The notes: generated from the letters alone by a model not told the origin. Counted from the first letter of the stretch, positions 36,952 through 50,617 are shown. The stretch: DNA of 64,000 nucleotides from Octopus sinensis (GCF_006345805.1 NC_043012.1:25048001-25112000), one strand, 5' to 3'. Made by a program: numbers and translations.

Positions 36952-37200
36952 AAGGCGTGTGACACGATGGTTAAGGATACTCAGCTCACGATGGTAAGGT
37001 CATGATTTCGATTCCAGGCGGCACGGTGTGCCCTTAGGACGACACTTTTTTCCCCGTTGCTCCTGTCCCCTCAGCTGCCAAAAACTAATAGTGCCTGTAT
37101 TTCAAAGGGCCAGCCTTGTCACACGCTATGTCAGTTTCACGAGCAGATTGTTCTTTTGGATCGGTTTAACTGGAATACCCGCGCTTCGAAAACGACAGAG
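36952..37200 (+). mobile_element. SINE family C2, diverged and internally deleted
   Basis: tRNA-like head, ctgtatttcaaagggccagccttgtcac block, aacgacagagtg tail. Confidence 0.7.
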
Positions 37201-37374
37201 TGACTGTTATACAGTTTAAGAGATTTCCAGAATTGAAACAGCCATTTTTGCATTTTTCGATTCCAAGAGATTTTCATTTTTAAAACACACACACACACAC
37301 ATATGTGTATATGTATATATGTATGTATATATGCATCTATGTACATACGTAGGCACACACACACACACACACAT

Positions 37375-37426
<52 letters not shown>

Positions 37427-37878
37427 TATATATGCATACATACATTCCCTTTTTCCTCCCCTCCATCCTTCATAGGACATTTTGTCTATCTCTCTGCTAT
37501 CTTTTCTCTTTTCCCAAAATTTTTCTCCCAGCGTTCACTATTATCCTACCGTTCTGGTATAACGACCTCTATGTTTGTTTTCGTTCCGCTTCCTAATATG
37601 TCTCCACCGTCATGTTTTTGTTTCCAACTTTGACTCTACATAAATCTTAAATTTTATTTTAGAATTTATGGGCACAACTGTGTTTGAAAACTCATATTGT
37701 TGTTGAATGCTTGAAATGAGGAGTAGATAGACAGCCGACACCTGATGAAGGGTATTTTCTCTGTGTTTACTTGTCGTGCTTTCCAGTTTTTCTCGTTGTT
37801 TACCTATTTAATTCATTTGTTCACATATTTCATGTTGATTGAACAATTGGTGACGTCCTCTACTAATATATGCATATA

Positions 37879-37960
<82 letters not shown>

Positions 37961-38362
37961 GTGTGTGTGTGTGTATGTGTATAAAGTAGAAAGTAAAAAT
38001 TAAAAGAGTCGAAAGGTAGAATAAGTACGGTTAGGCAGCTTTTTAATCGCTACAAATGTTTCGATGCATACAGATCCACGTATATACAGGATGTAAAGTT
38101 AAGTTTAAATTAAATTAATTTGTACTCTTATGCGTTCTTAATACAACATACCTCAACTGACTATGTATATCTATATGTATATGTATATATATATATTTAT
38201 TTTTATTTATTTTATTTTATCTAGTTTCAGCTCACGAGCTGTGGCCATGCTGGGGCACCGCCATTCGGTGTTGCTACATGATTTTACTTCACGAATGCAT
38301 TTTAGCAACTGCCATTTGGTGCATGAGAGAGTTCGATGCAGCTACCCTCATCTGTATATATT

Positions 38363-38432
<70 letters not shown>

Positions 38433-38436
38433 ATAC

Positions 38437-38700
38437 AGCTTTTCAACATCCTCCCTAAATGCCTGAGAGACTTACATGGTGTGGATGTGGGTTTCTTTAA
38501 AACTAAACTGGATCTCTTCTTGTTGGGAGTCCCAGATGAACCTACCTCACGACAGGAGACACGGATGCGGGCAGCAGCATCGAACTCCCTTGTTGATCAA
38601 GTGCCACGTATCAGAGGTGGAATCACAAACTAGTGTGGCTCATTCAGCGGTGGTGCCCCAGCATGGCCGCGGCCTTCGGGCTAAAACATTTTTAGGATTT
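38437..38700 (+). mobile_element. CR1/L2-group LINE 3' end with 3' UTR hairpin
   Basis: QLFNILPKCLRDLHGVDVGFFKTKLDLFLLGVPDEP...AASNSLVDQ; UTR ggtgccccagcatggccgcggccttcgggctaaaaca. Confidence 0.75.
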
Positions 38701-38704
38701 AAGG

Positions 38705-38739
<35 letters not shown>

Positions 38740-39009
38740 TTTTTTTATTATTTTATCCAATTTCAGCTCATGAGCTGTGGCCATGCTGGGGCAATTTTAG
38801 TCGACTAAAATTCTTCAGCATGCCTGTAGTCTAATGACTGAAACAAGTAAAAGACAACACACACACACACATATATATATATATAATGTCTGTGTGTGTA
38901 CATATATATATATATATATGTGTGTGTGTATATACATATGTATATATATATATATATATTATATATAGATATATATATATATATATATATATATGTATTA
39001 TATATATAT

Positions 39010-39081
<72 letters not shown>

Positions 39082-39316
39082 GTATGTATGTATATATACA
39101 TACATATTCGAAATGGAATAGTAGAGGTTGGCTCTGCTGTTTGAACAAGTCACTGATAAAATTAACGGCTGTCAGTTATTCTATCTTACATTTACGAATT
39201 GCCTCTCTGTCTTCTTCATCTTGTCCATTAACTTCATCTCTCCATAATCTTCTTTTCTACACACTCTCCATCATGTTCTTTCATTCTTCCCATGTTCTAC
39301 ATTTTTCCACATTTTC

Positions 39317-39348
<32 letters not shown>

Positions 39349-39407
39349 TTGTTTTTATTTGTTTTTTGTTTCTCTCAATCCTGTACACCGCATTAGAAAC
39401 GATTTAT

Positions 39408-39458
<51 letters not shown>

Positions 39459-39490
39459 CGTGTGGTGTGTGTGTGTGTGTCCGCGGTGTG

Positions 39491-39524
<34 letters not shown>

Positions 39525-39568
39525 TATATATATAAATATACATACATATACATACATAGATCTCTCTT

Positions 39569-39653
<85 letters not shown>

Positions 39654-39914
39654 TAATATATATATATATATATACATATATGATATCATGCTGTTGTTAT
39701 TTTCACATGTTTAATGTCAACAATAAACCGCTTCCACTATATAAACAAACACACAAACAAAAGAAAAAGAAGATATATAAAACAGAAAGATAAAGACAAA
39801 AATGAACGACCTATAGAATGCTAGCCTCCAATATGCAGGCTGCAGAAACTATCACATTATAAATACAAGACTAATGCACTGCATTCCATTTGGCAACTTT
39901 CGGCCGACAACCAG

Positions 39915-40025
39915 TCAATATATGTATTGCCAAGAGCAATAATAATAATGATAATAATAATAATAATAATAATGATGATGATAATAATAATAATAATGAT
40001 GATAATAATAATAATAATAATGATG

Positions 40026-40120
<95 letters not shown>
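39915..40120. repeat. (AAT)n/(GAT)n array
   Basis: Visible array. Confidence 0.95.
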
Positions 40121-40121
<1 letters not shown>

Positions 40122-40653
40122 GTGGTATAAGAACTCTCTTTGAGTTAGTCTCTTCTGAAGTCAATCTATCAATATTAATGCATATTCCATTGGACAGAAA
40201 ATACGAAACACATTTTTGTTCTTCCCTTCTTGTAAACCTTCGCCACGAACCCGCACTTCCACCTGTAGCAGAATTGCTTGTAGCAGGAGTAGCAGGAGTA
40301 GCAGTAGTACCATGACTTCGGCCTTAACCACCACCACCACCACCACCATCACCACCACTGCTGCCACCATTTACAGCAATGTTAGCCCCCCTCACCACCG
40401 ACACCATCGGTATTAATCCTATTGTTTTCCTGCGAACTCGTACTTCGTTTCTTCTGGATATTCATTCTTGTGGTTGCTGCTGCCGCTGCTGCTGCTGCTG
40501 CCGTTGTTGTTGCTGTCCTTGTTGTAGTCGTATTATGAATTATTATTGAAAGCTCCTGGTGGGAAATTAATCATCATCATCACTACCGCTATCATCATCA
40601 TCATCATCATCATCATTGTAATCATCGTCATCATCGTCATCATCATCATCGCT

Positions 40654-40688
<35 letters not shown>

Positions 40689-40699
40689 TGTTCTTATTG

Positions 40700-41250
40700 A
40701 ATGAGGGAGCCGTGCATGCCATCAAAGTGACACTGGGGTAAAATATACGAAGCCCAGTATAGCCATGATGCCTACCCGTCTGATTAGGTCACACAAGGCA
40801 CATGCATCACAACCCTATATGCGCGACATGTTGATCTCATATCAATATAATCAACGCATGATCTCGCTGGTAGAACCCAGTTAGAATTTTCTGAAGGTGA
40901 AAAGTCCATCCAACTCAAAAGGTCTCTGAATAAACTTGTTTAAGGATGGTGAGCAAAACTCCCATGTTTCCAGAAGTGAATTATCCAAACCTCCAAGAAT
41001 TTCTTTCAACACATGGCTACGATGCTCCCCCACTACTTCTGCTCTTGATCAAAGATGCACATATCGTCAGCCACTAAGAGACATGGTCAACTAGTTATGG
41101 TGAAACAACTGACTAGCAAATCTGTGGTATTGAGCAGAATATTTGCTGTATCCAATCTTTTATACCAAGACAAAACAATGTACATGATAACACTTCCAAT
41201 CAGTTAAGATCAGAAGCCACGAGGGCCACTGCCTGGTACTGTATCAGGGC
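40700..41250. mobile_element. Family D element, older copy
   Basis: Collinear with 25122-25663; triplet repeat flanks. Confidence 0.88.
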
Positions 41251-41279
41251 ATTATTATTATTATCATTATTATTATAAT

Positions 41280-41541
41280 TATTCTATGTTTGAGTTTTGC
41301 TTTATATTTGTACAAGTTGGCTCCAAGTCTCACCCAGAGACCTCAAGAGACAACAGGTTGGAAGTTCATGTTGTTGTTATGCCTAGTGTGCCATATATTT
41401 TTTTTTTTGGGGGGGGGGTTGTACTAATGAATGTCTAAAAAAAAAAAAACCGAAAATTATGTTTGTTTTAAACCTTGAGATTACATAGAAAGTATTTTGC
41501 GTAGGATATGAGCAGTTCCCATGAGCACTATCTCATGGGAA

Positions 41542-41545
<4 letters not shown>
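41280..41545 (-). mobile_element. R4/Dong-type LINE 3' tail
   Basis: Minus strand EIVLMGTAHILRKILSM* then UTR to (TAA)n. Confidence 0.75.
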
Positions 41546-41549
<4 letters not shown>

Positions 41550-41578
<29 letters not shown>

Positions 41579-41800
41579 TTGGTTTTACTCAGGTTTGGTC
41601 TTATTCCCGGTAGGATTTATGTGGGTAGCGGGTTACTACCTGTAACCTTAGGTATCCACTAGTTTTCACTAGCGTCTTAAGTACTTAGAACCCTCCTTAT
41701 AGTCTTTGCTGTCCATAAGAGATAAACCTTTTGTGCGAGCTCAACCGAGCATTCTATTCCAATCTCCTTCAGCCGTCTGTCTTTGTCTTTGCTTTCTGTT
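41550..41800 (-). mobile_element. R4/Dong-type LINE 3' tail, different subfamily
   Basis: Minus strand LKEIGIECSVELAQKVYLLWTAKTIRRVLST* then UTR to (TAA)n. Confidence 0.7.
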
Positions 41801-42068
41801 CCCATCGATTATTATAGACATGAAATTTATTGTTCGCATGCTCCAAATTCTTCCTATTTCAAATTTCATTTGTACATTTTTTTTTTTGTTGTATTTCCAT
41901 CCGCTTTCTTTACGATCCTAGAATCAAACGGGTATGATGGATCGAACAGTATGCAACTCCGCTTTTCCTTATCTATAATTATTATGTCCGGTCTATTTTT
42001 TCTAACTTCTTTCCCGTTTGAGTAGGAATGTCCCTAGCAACAGCAGTAGTAGCAGCAGCAGCAGTAGC

Positions 42069-42109
<41 letters not shown>

Positions 42110-42127
42110 CAGTAGTAGTAGTAGTAA

Positions 42128-42180
<53 letters not shown>

Positions 42181-43024
42181 TGCTTAGCGTCATTTCGTCC
42201 GCCTTTACGTTCAAAGTTCAAGTACCGCATCTACCTCATAATCACTGGCCTTGAGCATTAACCAGGAACCATTAAGCTTGCGAGATGTCGAAACAAATTG
42301 TTTTTTGGGCATTTAATCTTACTTTTTATATTAGGGAACGTCTTATTTCTAGCGGATTTTGGGTATCAAATTTTGAACAGAAAAGTCTAACGTTCTTAAA
42401 CATTTGTTTCTGTTCATGATTTCTGATTACCATTGAAGACGTATTGTAAGATAATACAAATAATTTTGTAATTTTATTTTTAATTTATAAAACATTAGCT
42501 ATCGCACCAGTTACGCAATTCTCATTTCTGCTTAATAATAGACTATATAATCTTAGTTGATTGGATTCTTCGGTCCCACTTTACATCATATAGTGATGGG
42601 TGAAGAGTGTGGAAAAAGAGATATATGCAGAAAATTAACGGAAGAGATACCTTATAAATGTCTGAAAAAAGCAGATTCTAATGAAATTGGTTTTCGATGG
42701 AATAGATGGCGATTACGATGGTTAAATTTAGAAAAATAATAACATATTTATTACAATTATACAAACGAAATATTTGTTTCATTTAATTTTATTTTTACTT
42801 TGAAAATCAATATTCGTTTCGTCATTTTGCACAAGCGTCAAAAAGTCTGATAAAAGTTATGTTATAATTATTGTATGTATGTCATATATACTGATATTAA
42901 GCATGTTGGCAAGTCTGCTTCTAAAGTTGTTCGTTATATGATAGGTAACACTTCAGTATCACTATTTGATGATAACTGACATAGGCGCAGGAGTGGCTGT
43001 GTGGTAAGTAACTTGCTTAGTGCT

Positions 43025-43173
43025 CGCCCCAGGACTTATACTTTGTAAACCTAGCACTTATTCTATCGGTCACTTTTGCCGAACCGCGATGTTATGGGGA
43101 CGTAAACACGCCAACATCGGCTGTCAAGCGATGGAGTGGGGACAAACACAGTTACACAAACATAGACACACAC

Positions 43174-43258
<85 letters not shown>

Positions 43259-43415
43259 GACGAGCTTCTTTCAGTTTCCGTCTACCAAATCCACTTACAA
43301 GGCTTTGCTCGGACCGAGGCTATCGTAGAAGACACTTGCCCATTCAATGGGACTGAACCCAGAACCTTATGGTTAGTAAGTAAGCTGCTTACCACATAGC
43401 CACTCCTGCGCCTAT
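43025..43415 (-). mobile_element. SINE family A with an extra inverted head fragment at 42981-43018
   Basis: ataggcgcaggagtggctgtgtggtaag matches the reverse complement of 43378-43415. Confidence 0.8.
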
Positions 43416-44549
43416 ATAAATAAATAAATAAATACAATAACCATCTCGAAATATAACAATATGCTATATTTAGCTTCATTTTAATCTAATAAATACTTTT
43501 TCCGCTCAAAATTAGAATTCATTTCATCATTTTGTTTAATCACCAAGAAATTTGTTCGAAGTTGAATTGTAAATAGTGTAAATTCCCATGTGGCACATGT
43601 ATACTTCCAATGTATTACTACCCGTTATACGCCAGGTAGCATTCTAGGATTTTAATAACGTTAATATTCTAAAAACGCAAACAGCAAATAAACTATTTTG
43701 CTCTTTAATATTTTATCATTAAAAATTTATAACTCAGAAGGATGTAATGTCTATGAATATTTTTAAAGATAATTGAAGGAGAACATTGAGTAATCTAACA
43801 ATTTTTTTCAATAGTTACTCCATTGCAAAGAATATAACTAATCTACAATTATGTTTCTTATCAATTATTTTACGTGTAATGAAAATAAATCTATTTTTCT
43901 ACTTTTTATATCAAAGATATAAAAATTTTGTGTCCTTATTTTAATTTAAAAAATTAGTTTTGCCTCAATTTGATCAATATTCATTAATAATTTACGATTT
44001 GGACAAGTCATAAATCGATACAAGATCGAAATAAGTAATTTTCGAATTTCAATGAGGTTAAATATAAAAAAGTTTCCTTGTTTTAAGTGCGTTTAATTTA
44101 TTTTTGTAATCAAAACTTTAATTAGAAATTTTAATATCGATAAAATTACAAAGTTACTGAAATGAAGATATTCATAAATTATAATATTTTGCATATTTAA
44201 CAAAACAAAATAAAAATTATCTTACTATAGCGTTTGAACGTGATGCTTAGCATGATAAGGACATGGGACTAAAAGCGAATAAACGTAAGCTACAAGACTG
44301 AAAAGAAAAATTTAAATCGCGGCTTTTAAATATTATAATCCCTTGGGGACGTTAAAAGGGATGTCCTAAGGAAATAATCCAATGTATATGTAATTAAGCG
44401 CAATGAATGATTAAACAAGATCAGTTGTTTTTGGTGAACTTCAGTTGTTTATATATAAAGTAATGAAACAGAATTGTTGAAGTTCTTGTTTTGGGTATTT
44501 AAGATGTGCATCACATTCTAGTTGGTCATGTAAATGGTAGCATAGTTGA

Positions 44550-44862
44550 TAGGCGGCGAGCTGGCAGAAACGTTAGCACGCCGGGCGAAATGCGTAGCCG
44601 TATTTCGTCTGTCGTTACGTTGTGAGTTCAAATTCCGCCGAGGTCGACTTTGCCTTTCATCCTTTCGGGGTCGATAAATTAAGTACCAGTTACGCACTGG
44701 GGTCGATGTAATCGACTTAATACCTATGTCTGTCCTTGTTTGTCCCCTCTATGTTTAGCCCCTTGTGGCTAATAAAGAAATAGGTACTTAATCTATCGAC
44801 CCCGAAAGGATGAAAGGCAAAGTCGACCTCTGCGGAATTTGAACTCAGAACGTAACGACAGG
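44550..44862 (+). mobile_element. SINE family B near consensus, followed by an inverted partial copy (44783-44862)
   Basis: Full B sequence; adjacent segment is the reverse complement of 44612-44700. Confidence 0.92.
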
Positions 44863-45594
44863 GGAAAGAAATAAATGAATGTTAAAAGAAAACGAATGTT
44901 CGCTTTGATCTTTTACTTGATTCACTTATTGGACTACGCCCATGCTATGGCACCGCCTTGAAAGGTTTAGTCGAACAAATCAGGCCCGCAACTGTGTTTA
45001 GCCCATTGTAGGTAATAAAGAAATAGGTAACATAGTTGATAGTGATGTCGATTACGTTCGTTCATATTGTCTGGTAACAGGCGATAGTTTTAGTCACGTG
45101 ACTTGTATTGTTTTCTCTGACATCTCCCATTTCTCTCAAATGTAATAGGAGCTGTTTTGAATTAGGCAGCATAAAGTGTTCAATAAAATTGCCGTGGTGG
45201 TGTGGAATAGCCGAAATTTCGGACAAAGTTTTTTTTCAGAGTAAATTTAACAGGAAAGATATAAAAGAAGTTTACATATTCTTTCATTGAAAAGTGGCTG
45301 CAACACTACTCTTCTCACTTTTTGCAAATAATACAAGCCTTCCTGACGCAGACCGCCCCTATTTCCTTTAGATTATGTTTCATATGATATAGGATATGTG
45401 ATATAGTATGAGTTCGATTATATCTTGAGCGTATTTGAACTGGTAAAAAGCTTGTGTTTATAGACCTTACTGCTTCCGCCATCTATGGCGAGCCACTGAA
45501 TGACGCAGCCAGTCATTGAGCATTGATGAGAATATCATAAGACGGACCTGCCTCTCAGGTAGGTTCGCAATGCCTAGCTTTTCGGTATCTGCAA

Positions 45595-45630
45595 CTGAAG
45601 AGGAGATGACCACTCCGAAATGCATGCATC
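45595..45630 (+). ncRNA. Hammerhead core with intact helix II but no clear helix I
   Basis: CTGAAGA-ggag(atgacca)ctcc-GAAAT-gcatgc-ATC; palindrome atgcatgcat. Confidence 0.4.
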
Positions 45631-45742
45631 TCACTGTCTGGTAAGAGAGCGCTGCGAGCTGAATCGGTGTATTTACACCTATTTGATAAAAAGCATATTT
45701 GAACTGGTAGCAAATGCTAAACGCTGTCATCCCGTATATTTG

Positions 45743-45774
<32 letters not shown>

Positions 45775-45792
45775 TGTATGTGTGTGTATGTC

Positions 45793-45869
<77 letters not shown>

Positions 45870-45976
45870 ACACACACATATACATATGTACATAAAAACG
45901 CATGAATATATATGTGAATACATGTACTCGCACACACACACGCACACACATAACTGCATGTATAAGTATCTATCGT

Positions 45977-46044
<68 letters not shown>

Positions 46045-46869
46045 TAATTGGAGTCAACAGGAAGGAGTACAGTTGGGCATTTATTTGTAATCATTACAAT
46101 GATTTCCATGCAATATAGCTCTCGACGCTCACAGGTATTTGGTTATGTAACCATTTGCCTGCATTATGAGATCTAGTTGTGTTTCGTTAGGAGATATATA
46201 AATATTGTGTTCGTAAACTCAAATTCTCCGCTTCAACTGCGAGGTAGTAGCAGCCACCCACTGACTTTGACTCAAAATTTGAAACCATTATTACTCAACC
46301 ATGTGGTTGAGAAACACACTGATTACCACTCACCCACGCCTGGTATTAATGGTATGAAAATATGATTAGGGACCTAATTCTGAGCGACCATAACATATTG
46401 ATTCAGCTACGAAAATTCGTTGACTTGCATTTGATCAACTGGTATGCTTCATTTCGCCTGTCTTTATTTAACGATTTGGTTTATTTCGTTCGCATGCTTG
46501 TTCTACTTGCTGTCAAAATACATTGATATATTAGAAAGGCATTGGAATCGCTTACACAAAACCAATAATGGCTCAGCGGTTTTCTTTTGAAAGTATTGCT
46601 CCCTTGGGGCACAATACAACTCTTCTGTCTTACATTTACTTAGCATTGTTAACTCTGGTGGAATCTCTGCAGAGTTATGTCGAAAAAAATATAATTAAAC
46701 AGATAAGATAAAACAAGATGCATAGAAGTATAAAAAGTCAGAGAAAGAGAGAGAGAGAGAGAATAGAGAGGGAGCAAGGGAAGGGTACTCAGGTGGATTT
46801 AGATAAATGTCAGCGAATATAGTGTAACTGTTTTGGAAGAAAAATATGGCAGGTGTGAATGTTCGTGGC

Positions 46870-47400
46870 GATAACTGTTGTAATAGCAGTGGTGTGTGCC
46901 AGATAGTGATGATGGCGGTGGAAGTGTTAGTGTTACTGTTGCTAGGGGCGATGGTGGTGGTTGTGGTGGTGATGGTGATGGTGGTGTTGGTGGTGGTGGT
47001 GGTGGTGGTGATGGTAGCAATGATAATGCCTATGATGGTGGTGGGGTCGTGGTGGCCGTTTTGGTGATGGTGGTGGTTGCAGTGGTGGTTATTCTAGCGG
47101 TGGGGAGGATTTTTTGCAGTGGGGATGGCGGTTATAGTGGTAGCAGTAGTAGTGGAGGTGGTTGCGAAACCTACAATGCTGGTTGTTGTAGGGCGGTAAT
47201 GGTTGTAGTAGAAGTCGTGTGGTAGTAGTTATAGAGGCGGCGACTGTAGCAATGTTGGCAGTTGTTATAGTGGTTGTGACCTCGTGATAGTTAAGGTAGT
47301 AGTTGGTGTCAGTGGTTGAATACAAAGTTGGCTGACCTGTGTTGTGATACCAGTAGTGGAGGTGGTAGGTATTCATGGTGGTGTTGTTGTATTAAGTTTG
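46870..47400. repeat. GGT/GTA/GAT cryptic triplet array
   Basis: Visible low complexity. Confidence 0.85.
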
Positions 47401-47439
47401 GTAATGATGATGACCTGACAGTTGTGTTGTTGGGGTGCG

Positions 47440-48080
47440 AGCAGCCAGAATCATAAGCACGATGAGCGAAATACTTAGCGGGTATTTCGTATGTCTTTAA
47501 GCTCTGAGTTCAAACACCGCCGAGGTCGACTTTGCCTTTCACCCTTTTGGGGTCGGTAAATTAAGTACAAGTTGCGTACTGATGTTGATCTAATCGACTA
47601 TCCCCTTCCCCACAAATTTTCGAGCCTTGTGCCTAGAGCAGAAAAGAATATTTCAAGACTTTTAAGGAGAAGAGCTGGCAGAATCGTTAGTACGCCGGGC
47701 GAAATGCTTAGCAGGTATTCCGTATGTCTTTTCGTTCTGAGTTCAAATTCCGACGAGGTCGACTTTGCCTTTCATCCTTTCGGGGTCGATAAATTAACTA
47801 CCAGTTGCTTACTAGAGTCGATCTAATTGACTGGCCCCGTCCCCAAAAATTTCGGGCGTTGTGCCTAGAGTAGGAAAGAATATTGTTGTACTTTGAAGGC
47901 GGCGAGCTGGCAGAAACGTTAGCACGCGGGCCAAATGTTTAGTGGTATTTCATCTGTCTTTACGTTCTGAGTTCAAATTCCGCCGAGGTCGACTTTGCCT
48001 TTCATCAAAGGCAATAAATTAAATTGACTTTTCGAGGTCAATAAATTAAGTACCAATTGCGCACTTGGGTCGATCTAATC
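47440..48080 (+). mobile_element. Three head-to-tail SINE family B copies
   Basis: gaggtcgactttgcctttca recurs near 47520, 47755 and 47985, each with its own head. Confidence 0.88.
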
Positions 48081-48084
48081 GAAA

Positions 48085-48260
48085 GACCTGGTTTGAGGGC
48101 CAATTTCCGAGTTCTTCTTACAGGGCTTAGAAAAACGGAAGAACCGCTGCAATAAGTGTGTTAATCTGAGAGGGGAACATGTTGAATAAAATCATAATTA
48201 ACTGATCCTCCTGTATTTTCTTCTGCCCAAACCCAGGAACTTTTCATCATCCTCTTCTAT
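48085..48260 (+). mobile_element. Mariner MITE 3' fragment (same family as 32757)
   Basis: ttagaaaaacggaagaaccgctgcaataagtgtg...cccaggaacttttca. Confidence 0.75.
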
Positions 48261-48269
48261 GATGGTAAC

Positions 48270-49290
48270 CATGATGCCGATGCGACGATGATGGTAATAA
48301 TAATAATAATTTTGATGGGGGCAGGGGTTATGTTCGAGATGATAATGCGGACGAAGTTGATGATGATTCTAATAGAAACGATAATTCCAGAACATAATAA
48401 TAACCATGAAAATTAAAGTGCTGATTGTAAACAACAATAATGGCGGCGGGGGGTGGGGGTGTCGATGGCGAAAGAAACAAAGCGATAATGGCGATGGTGA
48501 TGGATTGTGTTCCTGGTGACAATTAATAACAATGAATATGATGAATGAAGGTGATTCGTGATTAAGTCGAAAATGTGGGATAAGCTTGTTGCACCTGCCG
48601 TTAATAATGCTGCTGCTACTGCCGCTGGTGGTGGGGGGGTGATGATGGTGGTGGCAGCGGCGGCGGTGTTTATGGTAGGAGTGGTGGTGAGGGTGGTGGT
48701 GGTATTGACGATGGTGATGATGAAGGTAATGGAGGTGAGGTGGCGGCGGTGGTGATGGTGGTGATGGTGGTGATGGTGATGGTGATGGTAGTGATGGTAA
48801 TGATGGTGGTGGGGATGGTGGCGGTATTGACGACGACGACGACTTGATGATAATGGTGATGATGATGAAGAAGACGATGGCGATGATGAAGACGATTGTG
48901 GTGGAAGTGGAGGTGGTGGTGATGGTGATGGTAGTGATGGTGATGGTGGTGGGGATGGCTGCGGTATTGACGATGATGATGATGATGATGATGATGATGA
49001 TAATGATGATGAAGACGTTGGCGATGATGAAGACTATTGTGGTGGGAGTGGTGTTGGTGTTGGTGGTGGTGGTAGTGGTGGTGGCGGTGCTGCTGCTGCT
49101 GCTGATGATGATGATGGCTATGATGATGATGACGATGACAACGACGACGACGATGACGGCAAAGACACTGCTGCTGCTGATGATGATGATTAGGAGGAGG
49201 CCGATGATGATGATGATGATGATGATGGTGGTGGTGTTGATAATGTTGATGATGATGACGATGAAGACATTGGCGACGAACAAATATCAG
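48270..49290. repeat. GAT/GGT/GAC triplet mosaic with higher-order units
   Basis: Recurring ggtattgacga... and gatgatgaagac.attgtggtgg.agt motifs. Confidence 0.9.
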
Positions 49291-49786
49291 CCAAAGTAAA
49301 CAGCGTTGAATTGCTGTTACTTTTTCGTTATATTTCTACGCGAACATTTAAATGAAAGGAAACGACACTGAAAACGGCAGGCAGGCAGGCAGGCAGGTAT
49401 GCAGGTAGGCAGACAGGCAGGCAGGCAGGAGAAAAGCTCGAAAGAGAGTGACAGAAGAAAAGAGGGAGAATGAAATAACAACAAAGCAGTAAGAGAAAGA
49501 AAAACATGGCAGTAGAAACAATTTCTGAAAAGAGAAAGGAACGTCAAAAAGTTGAAACCGTTGCCATGCAATAGGAATATGATTTGGGAGAGCCCCAGTG
49601 GATTAGATCAACATCAGTAGGCAACTGGTACTTAGTTTATCAACCCCGATAGGATGAAAGGCAAAGTCGACCTCGGCGGAAAATACAGTAATATTAACTG
49701 TCTTTCATACGGATGTCTTCATCTCAATAATGTATTTCATGAAACTGGCTAAATTTTCTGCTCTTATTCGTGTTCTGTCTTGTATA

Positions 49787-50338
49787 TAGTAATACCTCAC
49801 TTTTACAAGGACGCGCTTTGCGAGATTCGGTTTACGACTTTCATTTCATAATTAATTTTTCAAGTACAAGATCAAAATTTCGAACGAAGTGTAAAAGTTT
49901 CTACTACCATAACAAATGCTTCTGCGTGTTACCGAGAAATTTACAGACAGCGAGAAAAAGCTTCTAAACAAACAACTCTAGACTTGCTTTTTAAAAAGAA
50001 ATCTACTCGTCCGTCTACGAGTGTTTCTGAATCGGCGATCGCACCTAAAAGTATTGGAGTGCGCGAGTCTAGAGCCAGTGAAGGTGATTCGGAAAACGAT
50101 TATAATAATATTTAATTTTATTATAAATGATCATGGTATTCTTTTTACTTTCCATAAACTATTCTTTACATTCTACTGTTGTTTTATTGCCATTTATTTA
50201 CGAGTATTACAAAATTTATAAGTAAAAAATATTTTTCTGGGAACCAATTACAATGGGAAATTATTGCACTATTGTACGAGTTTTCTCTTTACGAGCAGTC
50301 ACAGGGAGCAAATTAACTCGTATATTGAGGCATTATTA
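49787..50338 (+). mobile_element. pogo/Tigger-derived deleted element
   Basis: TIR-like tagtaatacctca / tgaggcattatta; C-terminal YREIYRQREKASKQTTLDLLFKKK. Confidence 0.7.
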
Positions 50339-50339
50339 T

Positions 50340-50569
50340 TTTATTCTTTTACTTGTTTCAATCATTTGAACACGGCCATGCTGGATCACCGCGTTAAGAC
50401 GAAGAAATCGATCCCAGCACTTAATATTTGTAAGCCTAGTACTTATTCTATTGATCTCTTTTGCCGAACCACTAGGTTACGGGACGTATACACACCAACA
50501 TTGGTTGTCAAGTGATTGTGTTGGGGAGTGGTCAAACACAGACACGCATACACAAATATATATGTATAT

Positions 50570-50617
<48 letters not shown>

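Noticed and set aside
45464-45558. Coding exon between ttatag and GTAGGT
   Set aside because: Stops in all three frames; at most a non-coding or UTR exon.
48369-49283. 304-aa ORF as a membrane or His/Pro-rich protein
   Set aside because: Made entirely of triplet repeats.
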